Shown in pieces: positions 1-8,684 of a DNA stretch of 25,727 nucleotides. Under the pieces are notes generated by a model. That model saw nothing but the letters and a program-made list of their open reading frames with translations. It was not told the origin of the DNA and ran no database searches. A program made the translations under genes and the position numbers. The number at the start of each line of letters is the position of its first letter. Position 1 is the stretch's first letter. The DNA is from a virus (lineage: Duplodnaviria; Caudoviricetes). The stretch spans positions 1 through 25,727 of the IMG/VR virus record IMGVR_UViG_3300020362_000088. One strand, given 5' to 3'.

Positions 1-837
1 GGTGCATTAATAGAAGTTAATAGAGAATTAATGTTTTCTAAATCTCTTAATGCAGTTACTAATGAAATAACAGTTGAACGTGGAGTTAGAGGTACTACTG
101 CTACTACTCATGACGCAAATGATATAATTAAAATAGCTCCTGCATTTACAAGACAAGCAGTTTATGACGCAGTATCAGACCAAATTAAAAATCTTTATCC
201 TACATTATTTGCAACAGAAACATTGGAACTTACTGCTAGTACAGGATATAAATTACTCGGTACATATGGTAGTGATGGAGATAGTTATAATTATTTTGTT
301 GCACCATTAAAAGCTATATCACAATACACAGATTGGCAATCAGGCTCAGACCAAACAGGACTTAAATATAATGGTGTTGCTATAGAAATGATTGACCTTC
401 CTAATCCTTTTACTTGGACTGATGATACACAAACAGAAAGAACTAAAACATACACATCAGGTCCTGACGTTGTGCATGCAGTACAATTTGTAAATATATC
501 AGCAGGACATACTGTATTTGTTACATTTAAAAAGAAATTTATTGCACCTACTGATGAAGACACAACATTATCTAGCATAGGTTTAGAATCAGAATACGAA
601 CCAATAATTATGGCTGGTGTAGCTGCACAAATGTTAGTTGGAAAAGATATTAAAAATGTTGATGCAAGATATATTACAGAACAAATGGCAGCAACAAATT
701 ACCCTGTAGGTAGTTCTAATACAATTAGTAGCAGTTTACTTAGATATCAACAATTGTTAATACAACAAGCTAGAAGTAATTTAAGGTCTAAATACCCAGA
801 ACCAGTTCAGTTAAATAGTATATTGTATCCAACATAA
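1..837 (+). CDS. Virion tail/adaptor protein (tail tubular protein A-like), 5'-truncated
   Basis: Frame is open from base 1 (GALIEVNRELMF...), so the real start is upstream. IEVNRELM...ITVERGVRGTTATTH resembles phage tail-protein motifs. Coupled (TAATG) to a large beta-rich protein. Confidence 0.55.
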   Translation, partial: GALIEVNRELMFSKSLNAVTNEITVERGVRGTTATTHDANDIIKIAPAFTRQAVYDAVSDQIKNLYPTLFATETLELTASTGYKLLGTYGSDGDSYNYFVAPLKAISQYTDWQSGSDQTGLKYNGVAIEMIDLPNPFTWTDDTQTERTKTYTSGPDVVHAVQFVNISAGHTVFVTFKKKFIAPTDEDTTLSSIGLESEYEPIIMAGVAAQMLVGKDIKNVDARYITEQMAATNYPVGSSNTISSSLLRYQQLLIQQARSNLRSKYPEPVQLNSILYPT

Positions 838-2807
838 TGGCTAGAGTTGCATCAACATCTAATGTTCGTAACCCTAAACGATTTGGTTATGACATACGTT
901 TAGATAATATATATTTACGTACTGCTGTAGGTCCTAATCGTGAAATGACTATACAATCATCTGATGTACAACAAGGACAAAATGTAAATGTAAAACAAAA
1001 TCCTGAAGATTTTACATCTAACTTAGGTCGTATATACTCAAGAAATAATTTTAGTTCAGGTCAAGGTTTAGACACTGCACATAGAACTGATGGTAAACCA
1101 GACGATGTAAATAGATTTTGGGATAGTAAAGGTATTGATGTATTTCATGGAGATGATGAAACAGCATATAATATACATTTACTACATCAAACAGCTGTAG
1201 AAAGTTTATCTTTTGGTGATAGTAATAATTATTTAGCACAAACTACAAATGGATATTTATATATAACTGATGGTACAACTATACATGTATATGATGGTAC
1301 ATCTTGGGATACAATATTAGCTGCTACAAATCTTGCTACCCATGATTTTACAGGTATTGCTGCTTTTGGTAATGAATTATATTTAACAACTAAAGATAGT
1401 ACATCAGGTTCACAGTTAATAAATTATGATGGAAGTAGTTGGAGTGTTTTAACTACAGCACAAAGTAGTAGTGGTGGATTAACTGGTGTGTGGTATGTAA
1501 AAAATAGATTGTGGGTATCAGGAAATGATGGTACAGCTGAACATGTATGGGAAGTAAACCCATTTGATTCTTGGAGTGCATCTAACTTTGCTAATGCTGA
1601 TGCAGTTATAGAAGTAGAACCTACGCATGAAATAACAAATATTATTGATGGAGGTGCTGTTGCACTAGCATCTAGTACTGATGGTACTGTTTATTCTTTT
1701 AAATTAGATGTTGCTAATTCTGTATACGTAAATCAAGGACAAACAAAAATACCTTTTGAAGAAGTACATAGTATTGCATCTACAGAAGGAATTGTATTTA
1801 TTGGAACTAAAGAAGTTGCTAGAGATGTAGGACGTTTATATAGATTAGAACTTGTAAATGCAGATGATTTGTATGTATTAGCTAACAGACAATTAATTAA
1901 AGAATGGGTATTAGCTGAAGATACAACACCTAAAACAATGTTTGTGTCAAGAGATAGTGTTTATATGGGCATAAAAGAAGATAGTAGTGAAGTAAATTTG
2001 TGGCGATATTACTTACCAACAGGTGGTTTGGCTAGAGATTTACAGACATCTGGTACTGGATATATAACTGGCATAACACAAGATGATGGTAATTTTATAA
2101 TAGTTGTATCAGGCGATGATGTATATAAAGAACAATCTACATATGAATCTGAAGGTTATTTAGTATTATCTGCTGCAGATTTTTTTACAGCAGAATCTAA
2201 ACAATTTGTTGGTGCTGAAGTATCTACAGTTACTATGCCTGAAAATACACAAGTAAGTTTACAATATTCAACTAGATTTGAAGATTTAGATGCACCTGAA
2301 TCTGCTACGTTTACAAATGCTTTAACACAACTTGGTGGTACAGGTGATGAAGAAAAACAAATAGCAGAAGTGTCAAGATATATTATAGGTAAAGTCATAT
2401 TAAGAAGTACAGATAATGTGGCAACTCCTAAAGTTAAATCGGTACAGTTTCGTGCATTAGCTAGACCAGAACTTGTAGTTGCACAAATACCTATAAACAT
2501 TAGTGATAGAGTAGAAAGACCAGGTAGAAAACCTTTACGTGTTAAAGGGTTAGGAGATACTTTATACAATTCTTTACGTTCAAAAGAAGGTGATTCAGTA
2601 ACATTAGAAATATTTGAACCAGCAGAAATTATAAAAGGTGTTGTTGAGCAAATAAGTTATCCTATACAATCTAATGATGTAGTTGGAAGTGATACACATT
2701 ATGCTATTATTACAGTACGTGGTACTAGACAAGGTACTATTGAAGAAGTAACATCAATACATACACCAGGTATTGCATCTTGGGGTATAATGAGATACGG
2801 AGCATAA
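837..2807 (+). CDS. Tail tubular protein B / nozzle-like beta-propeller virion protein (656 aa)
   Basis: Repeated blade-like segments (IHVYDGTSW, LINYDGSSW, LWRYYL); size and position after the adaptor-like gene match podovirus tail modules. Confidence 0.6.
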   Translation: MARVASTSNVRNPKRFGYDIRLDNIYLRTAVGPNREMTIQSSDVQQGQNVNVKQNPEDFTSNLGRIYSRNNFSSGQGLDTAHRTDGKPDDVNRFWDSKGIDVFHGDDETAYNIHLLHQTAVESLSFGDSNNYLAQTTNGYLYITDGTTIHVYDGTSWDTILAATNLATHDFTGIAAFGNELYLTTKDSTSGSQLINYDGSSWSVLTTAQSSSGGLTGVWYVKNRLWVSGNDGTAEHVWEVNPFDSWSASNFANADAVIEVEPTHEITNIIDGGAVALASSTDGTVYSFKLDVANSVYVNQGQTKIPFEEVHSIASTEGIVFIGTKEVARDVGRLYRLELVNADDLYVLANRQLIKEWVLAEDTTPKTMFVSRDSVYMGIKEDSSEVNLWRYYLPTGGLARDLQTSGTGYITGITQDDGNFIIVVSGDDVYKEQSTYESEGYLVLSAADFFTAESKQFVGAEVSTVTMPENTQVSLQYSTRFEDLDAPESATFTNALTQLGGTGDEEKQIAEVSRYIIGKVILRSTDNVATPKVKSVQFRALARPELVVAQIPINISDRVERPGRKPLRVKGLGDTLYNSLRSKEGDSVTLEIFEPAEIIKGVVEQISYPIQSNDVVGSDTHYAIITVRGTRQGTIEEVTSIHTPGIASWGIMRYGA

Positions 2808-3368
2808 ATGCCAGGAGCAAATAGAGCAACACAAGTTTTTAACTTTTACGAAAGTACAATAGCTTCTGCAGATTTTAGTGCAGGTGCAACATCATTTTCA
2901 GTAGCATCTACACCTACAGTTGATGGTACTAATGGTATTACATCTGCTACTACAGGAAATGCAGATACTTGGATATATCTTGTTATAGACCCAGACAGTA
3001 CATCAAACAGAGAAATTGTAGTAGTCAAAACACATACTTCTGGTTCTACAGCTTTTAGTGATGTAGAAAGAGATTATGATGGTAGACAAGAAGCAGCAGG
3101 TGCTGCAGCTGATACAGGTGTATCACATGGTATTGGTACTACAGTTAGAATGGCTGTATTAGCAGAACATATACTTGACCAAAACGAAAGAGTTGCTGCA
3201 AATATTGAATCATTGTCTACAGCTATAACAGATTTTGAAACAGACGGTGCTGCAGCTATAGCAGATTTAGAAACAGATTTTGATAATTTAGAAACTAGCT
3301 TAACTAATACTGTTAATACAGCATTAGCAGCTAAACCAAGTCTTGGGTTAGTAATAGCGTTAACATAA
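2808..3368 (+). CDS. Minor tail / tail-fibre attachment protein (186 aa)
   Basis: YLVIDPD...REIVVV...RDYDG...SHGIGTTVR segment resembles the motif in ORF1; C-terminal coiled coil ending LGLVIAL; tail-module context. Confidence 0.55.
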   Translation: MPGANRATQVFNFYESTIASADFSAGATSFSVASTPTVDGTNGITSATTGNADTWIYLVIDPDSTSNREIVVVKTHTSGSTAFSDVERDYDGRQEAAGAAADTGVSHGIGTTVRMAVLAEHILDQNERVAANIESLSTAITDFETDGAAAIADLETDFDNLETSLTNTVNTALAAKPSLGLVIALT

Positions 3369-3574
3369 TGTCAATGTTATTAATGCTTAAAGAAGGTGGA
3401 AGTCTAGGCATAGACACTATTGGTAATTTACCTATTGATGAAGATATAGATTTATTACCTGATGCAGGTGGAAGTGGAACTCTTAGTTATGCACTAAGAA
3501 CAAGTTATGAAAGTCTTTCAGTAACAAGCGTGACACAAACACAAGTCCGTGCTATAGTGTTGGGAGATAGTTAA
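3368..3574 (+). CDS. Hypothetical virion protein (68 aa)
   Basis: TAATG coupling to upstream gene; no recognisable motif. Confidence 0.6.
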   Translation: MSMLLMLKEGGSLGIDTIGNLPIDEDIDLLPDAGGSGTLSYALRTSYESLSVTSVTQTQVRAIVLGDS

Positions 3575-3600
3575 TTAATTAATTATATGGAGATAAAATA

Positions 3601-3939
3601 ATGGCAGAAACATTTAAGAATGTAGTAGTAGCTTTAGGAGATACAGCTGACACCGCTGTCTATACAGCAGATACAACTGACCTAACAGCAGCTATTGTTA
3701 TTCATGCACAAGTAGCAAATGTTGATGGTTCAGCAGCAGCTGATTTAAGTATCGATTTATACGATAATTCAGGCACAACTGCAGGAGCATTAGTAAGTGG
3801 ATTAGAAGTACCTGTTGATAGTGCAGTAAATCCTTTTGGAGGAAAAGTTGTACTAGAAGCTGATGATGAAATTAGAGCATGGGCTTCAGCTACTGGTGAT
3901 TTAGAGTTAACACTCGGCATTTTAGAAATAACATCTTAG
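3601..3939 (+). CDS. Small beta-rich tail-associated protein (112 aa)
   Basis: GGAG RBS; MAETFKN...VANVDG...KVVLEADDEI...LEIT pattern seen in small tail proteins of aquatic phages. Confidence 0.6.
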   Translation: MAETFKNVVVALGDTADTAVYTADTTDLTAAIVIHAQVANVDGSAAADLSIDLYDNSGTTAGALVSGLEVPVDSAVNPFGGKVVLEADDEIRAWASATGDLELTLGILEITS

Positions 3940-3947
3940 GAGAATAA

Positions 3948-4940
3948 ATGGCATTTGGTTATATAGGTAAAGAACCTACTAACGACATTACAGAAAATAA
4001 TGGAGTGTTTTCACTTGAGGATTTAAACGAGCTTGAAGAAGACGCTAAATTAAATAGTAAATCTTTTGAAGCTGACTTCTTAGTAGTCGCTGGTGGAGGC
4101 GGTGGAGGAGTTGGTGCATCAGGAAACTTTGGCGGTGGAGGCGGTGCAGGTGGAATTATATCATCAGTTGATAATCAAGGTGGTGGTAATACTCTTGATA
4201 GTGCTAAAACTTTAGCAAAAGGTGTTGCTTATTCTGTAGAAGTTGGTGCAGGTAGTAATGCTAATGGTTATCTTGGTGGACATTCAAATTTTGATACATT
4301 AACTGCAGTCGGTGGAGGTAGAGGATGGCGAAGTAACAGAGCTATCGGTGGTGGTTCAGCTGGCGGTGGTGGACGTGCTTTTAACTGGTTAGCATACGCA
4401 AGAAGTGTACCAAGAGCTATGAGTGATAGTGCTGCAACATTAGCATTCGGTTCAGTATCTAATCAAGGTAGTGATGGTAATAACACAGGTTATGAAAGTT
4501 ATAACTCTGCAGGTGGCGGTGGTGGTGCATCTGGTAACAGGGGAACACGAGTTGAAGGTTCAAATGGTATTATCGTAAATATTGCATCTACTACTAACGC
4601 TGGTTCGGCTAATGTCGGAGAAACTTCTGGTTCTAACGTTTATTATGGTGGTGGTGGTGCAGGCGGGCATTATTCGCACACGGGTGGTGGACTTGGTGGG
4701 GGCGGTAATGGACACGATTACTATTCAAATAGTGGAGATGCTAACACAGGCGGTGGCGGTGGAGGCAATCTTGGTACAGGTTCAGCAGGCGGTTCTGGAG
4801 TAGTTATAATTAGATACCCAGATACTTTAACTTGTACTGCTAGTGCAGGTGTAACTGGTGTAGAAAAAACTGAAGCTAATAACAAAAAAACTTTTATTGT
4901 AACCGCAGGTTCTGGAACATTAACTTGGAGTGATGCGTAA
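3948..4940 (+). CDS. Glycine-rich virion/tail-fibre-like protein (330 aa)
   Basis: AGGAG RBS; hallmark motifs FLVVAGGGGGG, GGGGAGG, NTGGGGGG and GGSGVVIIRYP. Confidence 0.8.
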   Translation: MAFGYIGKEPTNDITENNGVFSLEDLNELEEDAKLNSKSFEADFLVVAGGGGGGVGASGNFGGGGGAGGIISSVDNQGGGNTLDSAKTLAKGVAYSVEVGAGSNANGYLGGHSNFDTLTAVGGGRGWRSNRAIGGGSAGGGGRAFNWLAYARSVPRAMSDSAATLAFGSVSNQGSDGNNTGYESYNSAGGGGGASGNRGTRVEGSNGIIVNIASTTNAGSANVGETSGSNVYYGGGGAGGHYSHTGGGLGGGGNGHDYYSNSGDANTGGGGGGNLGTGSAGGSGVVIIRYPDTLTCTASAGVTGVEKTEANNKKTFIVTAGSGTLTWSDA

Positions 4941-5350
4941 TGGCACACTATGCTTTAATTGATGACAACAATGTCGTAATATCAGTTATAACAGGAGTTG
5001 ATGAAGATAGTCCACTTCCAGATGGTTATACTTCATGGGAACAATTCTATGGAGAATTAAAAGGTTATACTTGTAAAAGAACATCTTATAACACAATCAA
5101 AAATGAACATGTAAAAGGTGGTACTCCATTTCGTGGTAATTATGCTGGTATTGGAGATACTTATGATGTTGAAAACGACCGATTTATTGGAGAACAAGAA
5201 TATCCTAGTTTTGTATGGAATGAGTCAGAATATGAATGGCAACCACCTGTTGCTAGACCAGAAACTGACCCAGATAAATACGAATGGAATGAAGAAGCAT
5301 ATCAAGCAGATAATACACAGGGTTGGGTATTAACACCTGAAAACAGGTAA
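4940..5350 (+). CDS. Conserved phage protein partnering Gly-rich tail proteins (136 aa)
   Basis: MAHYALIDDNNVV...RTSYNT...RGNYAGIGDTYD...W.PP motif; TAATG coupling. Confidence 0.7.
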   Translation: MAHYALIDDNNVVISVITGVDEDSPLPDGYTSWEQFYGELKGYTCKRTSYNTIKNEHVKGGTPFRGNYAGIGDTYDVENDRFIGEQEYPSFVWNESEYEWQPPVARPETDPDKYEWNEEAYQADNTQGWVLTPENR

Positions 5351-5369
5351 ATTTAAAAAAAGGTGGAAC

Positions 5370-6101
5370 ATGGCAAAAATTAAGTACATAATTACAAATG
5401 AAATATATTTTGAAGCAAAAGAATTACATCCACAACCATTAAAAGACTTTATACCTAATTGGCTTAAAAAAGTTCCAAATACATTTACTCCAGATAGCGT
5501 TGTGCCATCTTGGTCAAGAAAAATGAGAAACGTTAGAGCATGTCCAAGTTTTGTAGATATTTATAAAGAAGGTCATGTTTTGCTTGCACCTACTGATATA
5601 AAAATATGGTACGAAAAAGAAAACGATATTTGGTATTGGCGTACTCCTTTTGATTTATTTCCTGATGAACCTGAAGCAACTAATATTACAATACATGAAG
5701 ATGAACAAATGAAAAATCATTTGCCTTCTGCAGCTAAAACAAAACTTATATTTAAAGTTAATTATCCAATGTTTATGGATGTACCAAGAGGTTATGGAAT
5801 AAGAGTTTTACCAGTTCCTTATCATTATCAAAATGATTGGAGAGTTACAACAGGAGTATTTACTCCAAGTAATGTTTCACAAGCTAATTTATTATTTGAA
5901 TTTATAAGTGATAAAGATGAAATATTAATTAAACAAGGCACTCCATTAGCAGTACATTTACCATATAAAAAAGAAAAACATTCAATAAGCACAGAACTAT
6001 ATAACCCAAAAAAACATAATAAATTAAAATATAAAAATGTATTACTTATTAATGGTAGATTTCATTCTTCTTATTTAAGGAACATAAAAGATAATGATTA
6101 A
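5370..6101 (+). CDS. DUF6065-like / dUTPase-fold-like protein, paralogue 1 (243 aa)
   Basis: PxW.K, ACPSFVD...GHVLLAPTD, P.GY and IKQGTPLAVHLPY motifs. Confidence 0.55.
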   Translation: MAKIKYIITNEIYFEAKELHPQPLKDFIPNWLKKVPNTFTPDSVVPSWSRKMRNVRACPSFVDIYKEGHVLLAPTDIKIWYEKENDIWYWRTPFDLFPDEPEATNITIHEDEQMKNHLPSAAKTKLIFKVNYPMFMDVPRGYGIRVLPVPYHYQNDWRVTTGVFTPSNVSQANLLFEFISDKDEILIKQGTPLAVHLPYKKEKHSISTELYNPKKHNKLKYKNVLLINGRFHSSYLRNIKDND

Positions 6102-6846
6102 CATAGATATATACCCTAGATTTGTAGAGTTTCAACACATACTCGAATTATATCCTTTACAACCAGCAAATAAGTTTTTACCTGAGTGGTACAAAAAAAG
6201 TAAATTAGTACCTCGCTTGGACCAAAAAGGTTATGAACCTCTACAACCACATGCAAAAGAATGTCCAGCGATACAAGATGAATTAACTAATGGATTTATT
6301 TTACCAGCTTGGTCAGATATGTATTTTGAGATAAAAGAAGGTAACTTAAAATGGGAAATGCCAGTAGGTATGAAACCACAACCACTTGCAGACAAAGAAT
6401 GGCAATGGATAGGTATGCAAAATGAACAACAAATAACTTTAATGAATGTTAATAAATTGCATAATTATGGTGTTTTTAAATTATTTACGCCATATTATTT
6501 TAAAACGCCACCTGGATATGGTTTAAGGTTTAGTGATATGTTTTACCACGACCAAAAAAATATACGTATAATGCCCGGACAAGTAGAAACAGATATATGG
6601 CATGAAGTTAATTTTCCATTTGAGTTTGCTTTACCAACAGAAAATGATACTAAATTTGTAATAAAAGCAGGAGAACCTTTAGTAATGATTACTCCATATC
6701 CAAAAGATAACAAAGCAACAATAACTAATAATGCGTATTCAAAAGATTTTATTTATGAGCAAGACCACAATGGTTATAAATTAGCTTCAATGACTTTTGA
6801 TTTTAAAAAATATAGATTACATAAATCATTAGATGAAGAAGAATAA
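6094..6846 (+). CDS. DUF6065-like / dUTPase-fold-like protein, paralogue 2 (250 aa)
   Basis: PEWYK, ECPAIQD...GFILPAWSD, TPPGY, PGQVETD and IKAGEPLVMITPY, collinear with the upstream gene. Confidence 0.55.
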   Translation: MINIDIYPRFVEFQHILELYPLQPANKFLPEWYKKSKLVPRLDQKGYEPLQPHAKECPAIQDELTNGFILPAWSDMYFEIKEGNLKWEMPVGMKPQPLADKEWQWIGMQNEQQITLMNVNKLHNYGVFKLFTPYYFKTPPGYGLRFSDMFYHDQKNIRIMPGQVETDIWHEVNFPFEFALPTENDTKFVIKAGEPLVMITPYPKDNKATITNNAYSKDFIYEQDHNGYKLASMTFDFKKYRLHKSLDEEE

Positions 6847-6848
6847 TG

Positions 6849-6857
6849 TGTTATAAT
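6849..6857 (+). promoter_or_regulatory. Extended -10 promoter (TGnTATAAT), probably leaderless
   Basis: TG-T-TATAAT with ATG at 6865 exactly 7 nt downstream and no SD. Confidence 0.6.
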
Positions 6858-6864
6858 CCGATTT

Positions 6865-6999
6865 ATGGATTTTTTAATTGGTTTTGTTCTTGGATATTTA
6901 TGCAAAGAAATAGCAGCATATCTTAAAAAATTATCTACACCTATTCAAAAAGACTGGGAAAAAGAATGGGATTGGTTATCACACGAGGACTTACCATAA
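6865..6999 (+). CDS. Small membrane protein (44 aa, MDFLIGFVLGYLCKE...)
   Basis: Hand-translated, below ORF-track cut-off; hydrophobic N-terminus; abuts next ATG. Confidence 0.65.
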   Translation: MDFLIGFVLGYLCKEIAAYLKKLSTPIQKDWEKEWDWLSHEDLP

Positions 7000-7161
7000 A
7001 TGACAAACAATGGCTATACCCAAAAGGAACTTCTTAATATGGTCATTGATAGGTTAGACAAACTAGAAGAAAAACTAGATAATAAACTAGATAAATCAGA
7101 ATTTTATAAAGTATTAGGGTTAGTTGCAACAGTAGTATTAATAGTTGCAGCGTTTACATAG
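7000..7161 (+). CDS. Coiled-coil plus C-terminal TM protein (53 aa, MTNNGYTQKELL...)
   Basis: Hand-translated; GAGG RBS; LDKLEEKLDNKLDK coil then VLGLVATVVLIVAAF. Confidence 0.7.
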   Translation: MTNNGYTQKELLNMVIDRLDKLEEKLDNKLDKSEFYKVLGLVATVVLIVAAFT

Positions 7162-7168
7162 GAGAAAT

Positions 7169-7381
7169 ATGAAGGCACAAGTTAATCTAAGTCAAATACT
7201 GCAAGGTGGATTAGCTGCATTAGTTGCTTGGTTGTTTAAAACAGTTAATGATTTACAACAATCAGTTGCTACATTAAATGCACAAGTGTTGGCGTATCAA
7301 GACTCAATAGCTGGTTTTAATGCAAACCTTATGGTTATTGAAGAAGTTATTAGAGAAATTCTTTTTAAAGTAGGTGGATAA
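7169..7381 (+). CDS. N-terminal TM plus coiled-coil protein (70 aa), possible lysis accessory
   Basis: AGGAG RBS favours ATG 7169 over TTG 7145; GGLAALVAWLF hydrophobic segment. Confidence 0.65.
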   Translation: MKAQVNLSQILQGGLAALVAWLFKTVNDLQQSVATLNAQVLAYQDSIAGFNANLMVIEEVIREILFKVGG

Positions 7382-7382
7382 T

Positions 7383-7469
7383 ATGTGTATGGTAAAACAA
7401 AAAAATGATGGTTCGTTTGTACAGATTTGTAATTGCAAGCATGGTAGTAATAGCTGCCGTAATAACTAG
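7383..7469 (+). CDS. Cys-rich micropeptide (28 aa, MCMVKQKNDGSFVQICNCKHGSNSCRNN)
   Basis: Hand-translated; AGGTGGA upstream; starts 1 nt after previous stop. Confidence 0.45.
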   Translation: MCMVKQKNDGSFVQICNCKHGSNSCRNN

Positions 7470-7522
7470 CTTTACAAATCAATTATCATTATACTTAGTA
7501 CGAAAAGAAACCAGGAGATATA

Positions 7523-7816
7523 ATGGCAGTACCTGAACGTGTAAAAAAAACAATGAAAAAACACGGTCTAAAAGGTGTAAATAAACCTAAACGTACACCT
7601 AAACATAAAACAAAATCACATGTTGTTATGGCAAAAGAAGGTAATACATATAAATTAATTAGATTTGGACAACAAGGTGTTAAAGGTGCTGGTAAAAATC
7701 CTAAATCTAAAAAAGATAAAGCACGTAAAAGGTCTTATTACGCAAGACATAATGCACAAGGTAAACCTAAATCTAAATTGTCTGCAAAATATTGGTCACA
7801 TAAGGTAAAGTGGTAG
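7523..7816 (+). CDS. Highly basic conserved phage protein (97 aa, possibly DUF6321-like)
   Basis: AGGAG RBS; IRFGQQG...RKRSYYARH...SAKYWSHKVKW motif. Confidence 0.7.
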   Translation: MAVPERVKKTMKKHGLKGVNKPKRTPKHKTKSHVVMAKEGNTYKLIRFGQQGVKGAGKNPKSKKDKARKRSYYARHNAQGKPKSKLSAKYWSHKVKW

Positions 7817-7817
7817 T

Positions 7818-7946
7818 ATGGCAAGAACAGTAACTTGGAAATGGGGTGGCAAAACCTATAAAGGTACAGTTACTCGCACAACTAAAACGCATATATATGC
7901 ACGTACACACAATGGTAAAATTAAAAAAATCCCAAAGAAGAAATAA
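7818..7946 (+). CDS. Small basic SH3/Tudor-like protein (42 aa, MARTVTWKWGGKTYKGTV...)
   Basis: Hand-translated; tightly packed between neighbours; VTWKWGG...GTV resembles DUF2945/Hva1-type Tudor domains. Confidence 0.6.
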   Translation: MARTVTWKWGGKTYKGTVTRTTKTHIYARTHNGKIKKIPKKK

Positions 7947-8107
7947 TGCCGTTACCTGGAGCATATGTTAACAGAAGTCATACACTTGGTCAGTATTGTG
8001 GTAATTGCAAACATTATATTAATAACTATTGCATTGCATTCAAAGAACAAGTAGCACCTGGAGGTTGGTGCAAGATATGGAGTGGTATTGAAATACGAAG
8101 TACTTAG
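7946..8107 (+). CDS. HiPIP-like four-Cys microprotein (53 aa)
   Basis: Hand-translated MPLPGAYVNRSHTLGQYCGNCKHYINNYCIAFKEQVAPGGWCKIWSGIEIRST; C-x2-C-x7-C-x12-C ending GWCxxW; TAATG coupling. Confidence 0.65.
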   Translation: MPLPGAYVNRSHTLGQYCGNCKHYINNYCIAFKEQVAPGGWCKIWSGIEIRST

Positions 8108-8684
8108 AATAAGCAGCGATAAAGATTCTACATCTGGTTTGTTATTTGAAATTGAAGGTAATAAACGTACTTTTTTAGCGTATACATTAGAAGATGAACA
8201 ACGTGACGTTAAAGTCTGGGGTGAAACTAGAATACCTGCAGGTACTTATAAGTTAGGTTTACGTACAGAAGGTGGTTTTCATAACAGATATAAAACAAAA
8301 TATACTTTTCACAAAGGTATGATACATGTACTAGATGTGCCAGGATTTGAATATATATTATGGCATACAGGAAATACTGATGAAAATACTGCTGGTTGTT
8401 TGCTACTTGGTAACACACAAACAAACAATCGTATAGCTAAAGATGGTTTTGTTGGTAATAGTGTTGATGCATATAAGTTTGTTTATCCTCGTGTTGCAGC
8501 TGCAATAGAAGCAGGGTTAGACGTAGAAGTAGAGTACATAGATTATGATGGAAATATAAAAGAAACATCTAATAAATCAACTGATGATGTAATACTTACA
8601 AGTACAGTTATGGAAAAATTGCAAGAGATAAATGGTGAAGTCAAAATCTTATCTGCTAAGCTTGATGGAAAAAGAATAATATGA
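8088..8684 (+). CDS. DUF5675-family L,D-transpeptidase-like protein, candidate endolysin
   Basis: TLED, ETRIPAGTY, VPGFEYILWHTGN and TAGCLLLG motifs. GGAG favours TTG 8088; GTG 8082 is the alternative start. Confidence 0.8.
   Translation: MKYEVLRISSDKDSTSGLLFEIEGNKRTFLAYTLEDEQRDVKVWGETRIPAGTYKLGLRTEGGFHNRYKTKYTFHKGMIHVLDVPGFEYILWHTGNTDENTAGCLLLGNTQTNNRIAKDGFVGNSVDAYKFVYPRVAAAIEAGLDVEVEYIDYDGNIKETSNKSTDDVILTSTVMEKLQEINGEVKILSAKLDGKRII

Noticed and set aside
4090-4800. GGT/GGC/GGA triplet runs as DNA repeats
   Set aside because: Explained by poly-Gly coding.
7471-7495. Possible promoter (TATACT on +, TATAAT on -) in the 7470-7520 gap
   Set aside because: No -35 or TG extension at correct spacing on either strand.
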